64,000 bases of DNA. It comes from Proteromonas lacertae (lineage: Eukaryota). The DNA lies in assembly GCA_002245135.1 (NCBI GenBank), contig NGBS01001160.1, forward strand, positions 620,001 to 684,000, given 5' to 3'. Positions within the stretch are counted from its first letter, which is position 1, and each line of letters opens with the position of its first letter. The notes below the pieces were generated by a model. The model ran no database searches, was not told the DNA's origin, and was given only the letters and a program-made list of their open reading frames with translations. The position numbers and the translations under genes were made by a program. Below, piece by piece: positions 50,550-62,106 of this stretch.

Positions 50550-51889
50550 CTAGATTATTATAATTAGCTTATATTTTTTTATTGTTACATCATTTAACAT
50601 ATCCAATTGAATTAATATTTTACTCATTTTTACTTCAGTAGGTACAAGTGGGTGTCTTAGAAACGATTTAATGATTTAAAGCAATTAATTTCTAACTGTC
50701 TATTAAAAAAGATATTGATTCCCTATAACTAACATTCATTGATTTTAAATAATTGATTAGCGTTAGATTACCAAAACTATTCTTCATTCTGTATAGGCAA
50801 TCAGGCATACTACATTGTTGATCAGGCAAAATTAATATAAGATGATGTGCAATGCATGATTTAACTGCATGATGCAATTTTTTAAGTAGCATAATCTTGG
50901 GAAATATTATGTATTTATTGTATAATGATGTATAATATTGATTTTCATCATTATAATATAATAGTCTTTCTTTAAGTGAAAATTCTTTGTCACAATGGAT
51001 TGGATGAACCATACATAGATTTTTTACAATTTTTTCAGGAGGTATACCTACAGTAAACAAAGGTAAAGTATAAAGACCTTTTGTTATATTGCTGAATAAC
51101 CTTAGAGATAAAGATAGTACTTCTTGATCACCTAAATAACTATTTATTCCCATTCTAATATGGCTTTTAATGAATTCTAATCCATATTTCATCATCATGT
51201 ATGTATTTTTTGAAGATTTAATTTTACTACATACAATATTTAGTAATATACGTTATTCCAGAGTTACCATAAGTTTGTTTATTTGGTAATTGACTTTTGA
51301 GTAATACAACATCTTCTTTTCTATTAATCAAATCACTAAGGCAATTATTAATAAACATCACGTCACTATCAATGAATAATATCGAATAGTTATTTTTAAT
51401 AAACATATACATGTAGTAGTATTTTAAAAACCATAATCTTTTTCTAATTGGTAAAGTATTTGCTCTTTTTATAAAATCTGGCCATTTTTGATATAAACAA
51501 TATATATTATATTGTCTACATTTTTGTAGAGTTGTATTAAAAAAGACAATTGTTATAAGACTGCTGATGTTATATGGTATTAAAAAAATTTTATATAGAT
51601 TAATTAAATATTTGAAACTATGATCATCAATCACAGTAAAAAATATAAGTTCATTAATTATGTTTTGTGAATATAAGAATTCAATAACATTATGATAACT
51701 AAAATTATATTTATCAAAAGAGTAAAGGAATGTATTTATCTTACATACATCTTTTACAGGAATAAGTAAACTAACATTAGGATAATCTCTTTTACATGAA
51801 TTAATATAATTAGTATTAAATAAAACCAAAATTAACAACATCATTGAAATATATATAATAATAGTAAATAGAATGATTAGTAATGTCAT
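50550..51889 (-). CDS. GT77 nucleotide-diphospho-sugar transferase
   Basis: WFLKY, ILFIDSDV, NSG, 25-nt GT-AG intron near 51227-51251, GDQEVL, MVH. A possible extra 3' exon (SFLRHPLVP) follows an unusual intron. Confidence 0.75.
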
Positions 51890-52013
51890 TATATATCATA
51901 ATGTTATTAGAATTTTTTGTAGGTTATGTTATTCATTATATATTTCCATTCTAATTCTGATAGTTTTGGAATTTATAATCCATGCTAATGTATATTAAAA
52001 AAATATATCTAAA

Positions 52014-52162
52014 TCTTCTTGAGCCGTTTGTTTCATATTTAAATCAAAATTGGAACAAGATTTAAGTAATTACTCGATTATAAGACTAATAAGAAAATAA
52101 AGCTAGTTTGTTTTAAAATAGTAACGCAACAAACGGCATACTCTTACCAATGGCGCACAACA
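52014..52162. mobile_element. Degenerate short MITE B-related copy
   Basis: Ends ...CTAGTTTGTTTTAAAA...CAATGGCGCACAACA. Confidence 0.5.
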
Positions 52163-52284
52163 GACCTGACTATATGAGTATGGCAAAACAACAATCAGAT
52201 ACGAAAATGCAAATGAAGATGGTATTGTATATTATATATGTATTATTTATATATTATTATTATTATTATTAGCTTCTAATATAG

Positions 52285-52550
52285 TATAATTTTAGGATCT
52301 GTTTCTGCTTCTACTTTTAATGATTGAACTATACTATCCAATGATGAAGGCATAAACTAAAATGAATCAATAAAATGCAGAAAGTTTAGAATGATATCTC
52401 TTTTGTTTATTTTTTGTTGTTTTAGAAGTTGTATCATTTATATGAATCTGTTACTATCTTCATCAACTAATGAAACATCTATCTTGTTATCTACATTAAA
52501 CTGAGCTTCCATCTTTTTATCTAATCTTGCTAGACAATGATTGATCTGCA
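52285..52550 (-). pseudogene. Fragment of a protein-primed family B DNA polymerase (Polinton/Maverick-like)
   Basis: KIDVSLVDEDSNRFI*...LHFIDSF*FMPSSLDSIVQSLK matches the Polinton pPolB exonuclease-region motif LRFIDSFxFMxSSLDxL. Confidence 0.65.
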
Positions 52551-52684
52551 GATAAAGTAGTAAAACAATAGTTATATCTTCTTTCTTGGTGGAGCTAAAA
52601 ATGCCTCTAGTTTAATGATGGTTATATAATGACAATCTCTATATAAAGTGGATTATGATTTGCTTTAGGAACAGTTGTTACATA

Positions 52685-53294
52685 TGTTGTGCGCCGTTTG
52701 TCATAGTTGGCCATTTGTCTACCACATACTTTTATAACAAACTAAATGTATATTCTCGCTATTCTTGATGAAAAATTGTTACTTTTATACTTACTTTGTT
52801 ATATGACCTACCTCTGCAGTAATACATTTTTGTTATTATAAATGGTTTGAATATTTGCGCCATTTGTTTTCTAGAAATTTTTGAAGCAAACTAAATTCAT
52901 ATTTAGCTAATATAGACTAACTTAATGTTGATCATAATACATTTAAAATGAAAAAAGAAAATATTGAATCAAGCCTCACTCAAGCCTACTTTTACATTTC
53001 TTTTTTTATATAGAAAGATTTAATAAATATTATATTCTAATCATTTCATCTAATATATTTTAATCTATATTAGCTAAATATACATTTAGCTTGCTTCAAA
53101 AATTTCTAGAAAACAAACGGCGTAAATATTCAAACTATTTATATTAACAAAAAAGTATACTGCATAGGTAGGTCATATAACAAAGTAAGTATAAAAGTAA
53201 CAATTTTTCATCAAGACAAGTAAGAATATACATTTAGTTTGTTTTAAAAGTATGTGGTAGACAAATGGCCAACTATGACAAATGGCGCACAACA
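52685..53294. mobile_element. MITE family B, full copy (610 bp)
   Basis: TGTTGTGCGCCGTTTGTCATAG...CTATGACAAATGGCGCACAACA, long arms, TCAAGCCTCACTCAAGCCT core; no TSD visible. Confidence 0.9.
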
Positions 53295-53299
53295 TTTTT

Positions 53300-53907
53300 T
53301 TATAAAATGAGCAATTTCTATAGTTGTTGTTATATTTAAACCATCCACTAAGGGTTTATATTTTGAAGCTTTCTCTTTACATATTGGTACAAATTCATCA
53401 GCAATTTTAGGTATATCCCATCCATTGACATATTTCTTGGTTTATACCAAGTATTGAATTTGATTTGTGGTGGTGTATAATAATGATCCCAAAAATTGAA
53501 CATAAATACATCAGATTCTTCTCCTAATGAAGTTGAACCTCTCCATATTGTTTCTAAGGTTTGACTTTGTCTACGACGTTCTTTATCTAAATAATCAATT
53601 CTGTTTGTTCCAAATGCATCAAATCCCATTTCTGACATTAATCTTGCGTTTTGACTGGAATGACCGAAAGGATCAATATGCCAACCTACTCTTGGTCTTA
53701 TTCCAAATTGTTCTTTAATATATTTTGTTCCTAAAGCCATTTGATGAATCATTGCTTCATAATTAGTACAAGCTTCATCATGCATAACCCATCCACCTAA
53801 ATTCAACTCTAGGTTCACTCCACCATCTTTGAAAAAAACTCTGTTCTACATAAGTAAATTTATGCTTTGGATTTTATTCATTGATTAAAGTATTGAATTA
53901 ATAATAT
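53300..53907 (-). pseudogene. GH38 alpha-mannosidase N-terminal fragment
   Basis: KFTYVEQSFFQRWW, GGWVMHDEAC, PRVGWHIDPFGHS, MGFD, RIDY; internal deletion; flanked by MITEs on both sides. Confidence 0.85.
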
Positions 53908-54312
53908 TGTTGTGCGCCGTTTGTTATAGTAGGCCGTTTGTCTACCAGACACTTTTAAAACAAACTAAATACATATTCTTACTTGTCTTAATGAAATATT
54001 GTTACTTTTATACTTACTTTGTTATATGACCTATGTCTGCAATATACTATTTTGATAACTTTAGTATTGAATATATGAAACGCAATTATTTCATTAACTA
54101 CAAGAGACTAAAACAGATTAATTGAATTGATTAAAATTAATGAACATTTACTTATACATGTCTAAAAAAGAAATGTAAAATGTAGGCTTGAGTGAGGCTT
54201 GAATTTATTTTTATTTTTTGGTTTTTAAGAGTCTTCAAATTATAACTTCAACGTAATCTATCTAAAACCCTTTTATCTCCCAACGGCGCAAATCTCCCAA
54301 CGGCTTACAACA
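53908..54312. mobile_element. MITE with a B-type left arm and an A-like right end
   Basis: TGTTGTGCGCCGTTTGTTATAG...AGGCTTGAGTGAGGCTTGA...CTCCCAACGGCGCAAATCTCCCAACGGCTTACAACA. Confidence 0.75.
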
Positions 54313-54857
54313 AGATTCATCAGTGTTACACTCTTCTGTAAGTTTGTAGTATTTCAAGGTATTTCTTTCTTGTTTTATTGTTTATAGTTCTAAAACGTTT
54401 ACTAGTTTTAATAGTTTTAAAAGCATGAGTTATTTTCTGTAATTTTGTTACTCTTCCTTCAAAACAGTTACTATCCGATCTTGTTTTCTAAATTGAAAAT
54501 ATCTCTTCTATTGGATAATACCACATTGTAGTATAATATATTCACTGATTTATTTATAATAGATTCTACTTCAGGATTATGGTGCATAGAAGCGTTATTC
54601 ATGAATATTATACAAGATGACAATGGCTGAATATAATTAACCAAAGACTTTAAGTATGAATTGAATATTTCCAATGTATTAGAACCATAAATAACTAAAT
54701 TATATAGCATCCCAACATCAGCCATACTAGCTATTACAGTAAATTGGGAATTACCTCTCTTGGAATGAACAACAGGTGTATTACCAGAAAATTCTCTTGC
54801 GCCACTGTGAATGTAACCCATTGCTCAGTGCCTTTCATCTACAAATACTGGGCGTAA

Positions 54858-57247
54858 CTGAGTTCGGCAACGGGACGTCCTTTTGTGTTTTGTCCCGTCC
54901 CTTGTCCTTTTCATACACGAAAACTTCTCGTTGATTACACATGTCCTCTTTGTCCCGGGACGTGTAGTTTAACACGTCCTTTTTTGTCCTATATTTTTGA
55001 GTTTAAATTTCTGTTTTTTTAATTAAAATATTCTGCAATAACATTAAATAAGCTTAATATTAAGTATTACATACTATACTCAAGTCATTTTTGTATATCC
55101 TAAATAATATCTTTTGAAAATCCATTTAAGCCATATTTGCTATATCTATGAATAATATTTAACCCACTTATACCACTTAGATAACTCTGTATAGTTTAAT
55201 GAAGTATATCCCCATTTACAAACACTCATCGCATAACAGAACTTCACATGATACATGCTTATCATTACACTATTTTCTACTATAACATATGCTTGAATTA
55301 AATACGAATAAAAAGTAGAAAAAAGAAAAAATGTTTGATTAACTCGAGTTCTTGCATTTTGAATGCCATCTCATAATAGGTTTAGAGATAATATCTATAG
55401 ATTATATAACATCAATAATTGCATAGAAAGACCTGGAGAGAAGAATAAAAGGATTGAATGCAAAAAGTGCAAAATGTTTATCATCAAGCATGCTACTCAG
55501 TTAAAAAGACATGCAAGACAGTATTTTAGATTATTATTATAATTTATAGTTGCACAAGCGTAGCAGTTCAGTCAACAATTGATATGAGTGATCATAGCAA
55601 AGACATGGAGATTGTTGAGTTAATAATAGAAAACAATCTCCCTTTAAGCGTAGTTGAATCCAAATCGTTCAAAAGCTTGTTCAAAAATTATGCTGTGCCA
55701 TCAACTAAAAAAGTAAAAAGAATAATTGAAACAGAATCGAAGAAAATGTTAAATGAGTGTATAGATAGAAGAAAAAAACTAACAATAATATTGGATGAAT
55801 GGAAAAATATACTTGGAAATAGCATCATAAACATAGCAGTTAAACAGAATCAAAGAATTGTATTTGTTGAAAGTGTATTACAAAAAAAGGTACAAACAAC
55901 AAGAAATATTGTAGATCTTATTTCTGATACCTTAGAAAGAAATAATTTGGATATGAATAACATTTCTGCAGTAGTAACTGACAACAATCCAACTATGAAA
56001 CATATTGGTGAAGTTATTCAACAAAGAACAAGCAATACAATTAATACATTTGGTTGCCTTGCTCATGTTGTAAATTTAATTACCAAAAAAATAATGGAAA
56101 TTGATAAGTATAATGATATTCTTCAGTATTGCAATGACATGATTCATAAACTAAAAACCAATACACGAGTAAGACAATTTATATTCAACAAATATCAGGA
56201 AGTTCCGCAGATCAGAAAAGGATGTCCAACTAGATGGACATCCTTTTCAAAAATGTTTAGCAAAATTATTAAACACAAAGATATTTTAATTGATGCTAAG
56301 TTATTAGATGAAAGTCGTTGCGAAGAAATAAGTGAAATAATGAAAATTACCAACAAGCTATCAGCATATGTGCAAGAATTAAGCAGAGATAGCACTACTT
56401 TAAGCGATGCATACTGTATCATTAAATCAATGAAGAGATATTTGAAGTCATGCGAAAATGATAATATTAAGAATATAATTACCAAACAATTGGAATTAGC
56501 GAATTTGGATATATTATTGATAAGTCAATATTTAAATGTAAACTATAAATTCAAACATGGAGATAAAAATAATTACGCAAAGAGATTCATTATAGATAAT
56601 TTCTCTGATATTTGTGACAGAAATTTGGTTGCAGAAATATACTTTTTTGAAAACAGAATGCCATACAATGGTTCACCTTCTTCCATTTTTCGCGAAAGCA
56701 TTTCAACAGATATATGGTTTGCAACATATGGGATATACTTTAGAAATTTAAAGAAAATTTATGACATTTTATCAACAATACCATGTTCAAGCTCTTTTAT
56801 TGAGAGAATTTTCTCCATCGAAAGCGTAATACATTCATACAGGAGAAACAGATTAAACTTAGATACTATTAATAACATTATGAGATTAAAGTATGAATTA
56901 GTTGAGAGAAATAAGAGAGAAATAGAACAAAATGTAGAAAGTGATGAAGATGAAGAAAGTGAAGAAGATGAAGAAAGTGATGAAGATGAAAATAGAGAAA
57001 TTACTAATGTGGAAGTAATAAGTAAAGAAGATGATGAGCAAAGTGAAGAAGGTAGTCCAGATTATCAATGTTATTATTAATTATCTTTATTCTTACTTAT
57101 AAATGTTTTAATAAAATAAAAAATCACATAATTAATTTATATAACAAAAAGGTAATATCAAATGTTTACAAAAAGGACAAATTACTGTCCTTTATCATAC
57201 TCTTGTCCCGGACATGTCCTTTTTGTCCCTGTCCCCGCCGAACTCAG
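54858..57247 (+). mobile_element. hAT DNA transposon, 8-bp TSD GGGCGTAA
   Basis: TIRs CTGAGTTCGGC / GCCGAACTCAG; GGGCGTAA on both sides; TGTCC(C) subterminal repeats. Confidence 0.93.
55584..57080 (+). CDS. hAT transposase (upstream BED-finger exon likely near 55430-55520)
   Basis: LDEW, VTDNNPTM, CLAHVVNL, TRWTS, PCSSSFIERIFS, RRNRL; upstream ECKKC...H. Confidence 0.9.
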   Translation: MSDHSKDMEIVELIIENNLPLSVVESKSFKSLFKNYAVPSTKKVKRIIETESKKMLNECIDRRKKLTIILDEWKNILGNSIINIAVKQNQRIVFVESVLQKKVQTTRNIVDLISDTLERNNLDMNNISAVVTDNNPTMKHIGEVIQQRTSNTINTFGCLAHVVNLITKKIMEIDKYNDILQYCNDMIHKLKTNTRVRQFIFNKYQEVPQIRKGCPTRWTSFSKMFSKIIKHKDILIDAKLLDESRCEEISEIMKITNKLSAYVQELSRDSTTLSDAYCIIKSMKRYLKSCENDNIKNIITKQLELANLDILLISQYLNVNYKFKHGDKNNYAKRFIIDNFSDICDRNLVAEIYFFENRMPYNGSPSSIFRESISTDIWFATYGIYFRNLKKIYDILSTIPCSSSFIERIFSIESVIHSYRRNRLNLDTINNIMRLKYELVERNKREIEQNVESDEDEESEEDEESDEDENREITNVEVISKEDDEQSEEGSPDYQCYY

Positions 57248-57753
57248 GGGCGTAATTCTTGCTCCATGTATCCTAACATATCCAAAAAACTATTTATCTA
57301 TTCTTATTAAGTGATGAATGGATAGCAGCTGTGTACTCTCTAACAGCAAACGATAGATACAGAGACTGGCTATTATTTCTGATAACATTGCCTATTATAT
57401 TCGATTTATTTTCAGTTAAAATCCTTTTCCTACCTTTTTTGATAGATGATTTATCAATATTGTAACTTTTTTTAATTGACTGATAATTATCTTAACTCTA
57501 TTGGCAGATGGTGGAGGTTGTTCTTCTACTATAGGAGCAGAGCTTATGAAATCTTGCCTATAGTATTGATATTGATGTGTATATTTACCATTGATTTAAA
57601 AAATAATATTTATGCAAGTTTAGAGTATATTCAAAAAACACGAAAAATAAATAAAGACAAGCTAGCTCGAATTGTTTTTTGAGAAAAGAAATTGTATTTT
57701 ATAAAAAGATAGTCCAAAACTCAAGGATCGAAATTTATTTTGCAAAGCTCGTA

Positions 57754-57773
57754 GAACAAAACGAAAAACCCTG
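57754..57773 (-). repeat. Tc1/IS630-type terminal inverted repeat, right boundary of the island
   Basis: GAACAAAACGAAAAACCCTG|TA, upstream of the Tc1 transposase pseudogene; matches 13985-14004. Confidence 0.75.
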
Positions 57774-58759
57774 TAATATGAAAAATTAAAAATTATGATG
57801 TTATTATATTTTTTGTTATAGCAATGTTGCATTATAATCGTAATATATATCCTATGTTTTAAGTATATATATTGTTAGTTTGTTATATAAACCACTTTTT
57901 TTGACATATAAAAACTGTCATAATATGAAAGGAAAACACTATTATTAAAAAGTAAAATTAACTTATATATTAAATATAATATTTATTTCATTAGATGATG
58001 TAAAGAAAAAATGTATCAGTTATACAGGAATTAAGAATTATGCCCTTTGAATTAATTTTTCAATTTTCAAATTTTTTCTCAATCTCTTTTCTATTTTAGT
58101 AATTTTAAAAGTATATGTTTAGATTATTGTAATATAAGAATATTATTAAAATGTAGATGTGCCAGGAGGCTAGTTATGCGACTTGCTGTGTCATGTCCTT
58201 TATTCTATATTATTATATCATTTTTTGTTAATATTTCAAATAATTTGCAAGGTAATTAGCCCTTAAAGACATGAAACTTACATTTAAATTAAAAACTAAT
58301 TATGAAACGAATAGTTTTTATAATTTTGATTAATTATCAATACAATGTGATATTACGTGTTTTAAATATCACATTTTATTTATTTAATACATCAAAATTG
58401 AAATACATTATTAGAGTATAAAATGTTACGAAATTGATCAAGATCTGTTATTTAAAGATTAATCTTCTAATTTTGTGTTAAATATAATTATTTAGATGCA
58501 AAATGAACATATGATGAGATAATAAATATGTGAACTTCTAAAATTTAAATTCTGATGATTTTAAAATGTTTGAATAATAGTAAGTGGATAATATTAGTTT
58601 ATAGTTGAATATTAAACAATTTTTTTCAGCTCAAAAGGAATTGAATTACATTATAAATTAGATTTGTATTTCAAGCGGTTGTATGGTATAGCAATTCAAT
58701 TAGTTTATAAAAATAGATCATATGCGAGTATATTCAAATATAAAAATACACAAATGTAG

Positions 58760-59572
58760 TTACTTTTTATTTTTTAAAGCATTTTGTCTGTGTAATGTAT
58801 TATATAACACTATCAATAATATAAGCATATATATAGTTATACCTTCAATATTTCCAGTCAATTCTTCCATTTCCTTAACAATTTTATCTAATTCTTTTGT
58901 ATACACTAAATCTATTTAATATATTATCATTTAATGAATATAAATTATACTTGGATTTAATTTATCCACTTCATTCTTTACTTCTGAATAGATATTATCA
59001 ATTCTATTTTTCACCTCTTCATATTTCTTTTTTTTGATCAACAATTGTGAATGTTTTTTGTGAAGCTATTTTATAAATATATACTTTAATAGATACTGTA
59101 TCTAGTCTTATTTGATCATTCAAAAGCAATTCATTCAATTCTTCTTCTTCTTTACTCTATTAATATATAATTTTTATTTTTATAAGTACAATATTTGGTT
59201 GAACTATCTCTTGTACATCTTCATTTATTACTATTGGAACATCAAAGATGCTTTCTCTTGAATATTTTAAAAATTCTATTAAACTTTTATTATATCCTTC
59301 TATGAATGAATTTAATATATTATCAGATGCCTAGAATTATCATAATTCATTGAAATACTTTCTGAAGCAAATCAAAATAAGGATCCCCTTTGCTAATTTC
59401 GGTTGCCTTTAAAATAGCATCTTCCATCTTATCCACAGAGTCGGCACATAAATCAAATCCTGCTTTTGCAACTACACATTACAATTATCAAGTAAATCAT
59501 ACTATCATTAACTAATTCAGCAGCTGTAAATCCTAAAAACTCTTTCTCTTTCTCTGTTGCTGATATAGACAT
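58760..59572 (-). CDS. MIS12: Kinetochore protein Mis12-like, 6 short introns
   Basis: Spliced protein MSISATEKEKEFLGFTAAELVNDI...FLKYSRESIFDVP followed by a coiled coil; fits the Mis12 pattern (E.FGF.P..LVDDI ... F..Y..RNIF.IP). Missed by the ORF track. Confidence 0.7.
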
Positions 59573-59700
59573 TTTAAAAATTCAAAAATAAAAATATGTA
59601 AATTACATGTAGCAATTACATTATCAATTCTATTTTGAATAAACCATTTTAAAACATCATAAAAATAGAATTATGTGTGTTATTATTAATAATAATTTAA

Positions 59701-60592
59701 TTAATGCTTTGTCTCAACCATTTTATCAGTAGGAATATCGTGAATTTGAATTTGGTCATCGTCAAGAATTGTTTCTTGAATAGTTGGATCATTCATTTCT
59801 TCAGGAAGTCTGTTGTATATCAAACCTCTTCTCTCAGGATGAACAGGGAATGCATTTCTTGGATAGTCATTATCAAGTCTTTCCCAGTATCCATATTCTC
59901 GTTTATCATATTCAATTTCATCCACATTCTTTGAAGTTTCTTTCTGGTGAAGAACTGCATTTTGAGATATCTCATTTCTTGTTTCATTAATCTTTTCTAA
60001 TTCTTCTTTTGTAATTTCTTTCACTTTTCTAGCTGGACAACCTCCCCATAATTCACCTGGTGGTACTATTTTATGTGGAGTTAATACTGAATGAGGCAGA
60101 AGCGCTGATCCTTTTTTCATTACACTTCCATCTAATACTATTGATGAATCACCAACAAAACAATCACTTTCTATGGTACAAGCATGGACTATAGCTTTTG
60201 GTCTTACAATTGTATTGTTTCCAATCACTGTTGGCAAGAATTCTGTAAGATCTGCAACATGGACAATGACATTTTCATGTAAATGTACATTGTCTCCAAT
60301 TGTGACTGGAGCATCATCACCTCTAATAGATGAACCATACCAAAAACTGCAATTATCACCAACTGTTACATCACCAACTATTGTGGCATTTGGAGCAAGA
60401 AAAGTTGTTTTACCTAATTTTGGTGACTTACCTTTGAATGACAAAATTTGACTTTGGGGTAATACTAAGAAGATATACTAAATTGATAAATATACACTTT
60501 TCAGTGTATGCTGCACTACCTTGAAGTGCGCATCCTATTGATTCGAACACTTTTCCACATGTTCTAAGCGTACCACAGATGATTTTATTCAT
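59701..60592 (-). CDS. Gamma carbonic anhydrase-like protein (mitochondrial complex I subunit type)
   Basis: Exon 1 LRTCGKVFESIGCALQG; hexapeptide repeats FLAPNATIVGDVTVG, SIRGD, IVHACTIE, ELWGGCPA. Confidence 0.9.
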
Positions 60593-60733
60593 TTTAAATA
60601 AACTTAAGGTGATGAGGCTTAATTTATTATGAAATCTTTATTTAACTCAATCAACAAGCTTAGACTTGTGAATTCTATTTTGAATAAACAGATTATTAGA
60701 AGAAAAGAAATGTATATATGTAATAGTAAAGAA

Positions 60734-62106
60734 TTAACTCATTAAAAAATTATAAGTACAGCATGCTGCTGTACTTAATGCATAGAAAAGAACAAATGCA
60801 ATAATCACTTTGAAATTACCAGCCTATAATACATTAAAAGTATAAATAATACTGATTGCATGAAATTATAAGCAATTAATCCATAAACTAATCCTTTCAA
60901 TGTTTGTAGACCAATATAATTAGCACAAGATAAAGAATGACAACATTTCTTTTCTTTTTTATCATCATCAACAGAAGCTGTAAATTTTCTATTGTTCCAT
61001 TCCTTTTCACTATGTTCCCAATGTTTCTAAATAACAATAGTAATAAATATACAGTAATAATATCATATAAATCCTTAGTTGCAGTTAATTCTAATCCATG
61101 TCCTTGATTCTGTATAATAAACTGTTTACAATTCAATCCTTTTGTTAATATATCAGAATTACGATAATCTATTGCTGCATCTTGATTGCCATGAACTGAT
61201 ATTATTGGCAAACCTGTTTGTCTAACACTGTCCATATCCTTAACAGAGAAATTATGTGATAAAACAGTTATTAGGTGAGATAGTACTGATGAGTATGCTG
61301 GAAATGGTGCTTTTTCTTCTACTGACATAAATATTCCTTCTAACAATTGTTTCTCTTCTTTACTCCAGTTCTTTGGAAGTCTATTTAAATTTGAATACAT
61401 TATATATATATATATATATATATACATAAAAGAAGGATCTATTTTTGCTTTAAGGCTTTTACTTCTCAAAAATGAATGTCTATTAAATAAATAATAAAAA
61501 ATAATACAATCCTAACATAATTTGAGTTGTAATTTCAGATGTAGGAACAGCTACAAAATTAGGATAAGTAGCTAATAAACTCAAAGAGCACATTCTATAT
61601 GGTATTAACTTTGACAACTCTTGGCATATCATTCCTCCCATTGAAATACCAATAACATGAACTTTATCCCAATGTAAATAGTCTAACACATATACAGCAT
61701 CTCTTGCCATATCTCTTGAGGTCCACCAACCTAATACGTTTGAAGAACTTTTGCCTGTTCCTCTATTATCAAACACACAAATCTAAAATTAATAATTATT
61801 TCATAAATACTTGATATTTATCTTCTTGGCCTTTGAATCTGTACAACTATAATGACATAAATAACTATATATACTAAATGACCCCAACAGTTTCCTGGAC
61901 GTAATAAACCATGAACAAACATTACTTTTATGCTTCCATTACCCCATAAATTGTAATGTATGAAGCCGTTAGGCTGAGGTACAAAACAATATCCTTCATT
62001 TCTATCATAAATATCAATAAATGAGAAAGACATACAGAGAATCAACATCAACAGCATCAGTTTCAAGAGAATGCACAAAATCTTCAGTAGGTTTGATAGT
62101 TGACAT
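60734..62106 (-). CDS. Alpha/beta hydrolase with C-terminal hydrophobic segments, multi-exon
   Basis: FVHG, FDNRGTGKS, GISMGG nucleophile elbow, VHGNQD, GH. 3' end approximate. Confidence 0.85.

Larger units (their letters stand above)
54326..57620 (-). mobile_element. IS630/Tc1 transposase pseudogene, paralog of 39785-41007, interrupted by a hAT element
   Basis: N-part YYRQDFISSAP..PPPS (cf. YCREDFINSAP..EPPS); LRPVFVDERH*, TVIASM, IFMNNASMHH; C-terminal AFKTI. Confidence 0.8.

Noticed and set aside
58150..58205. Short GC-richer patch in the intergenic region as a possible ncRNA
   Set aside because: No recognisable tRNA, snRNA or snoRNA structure or motifs.
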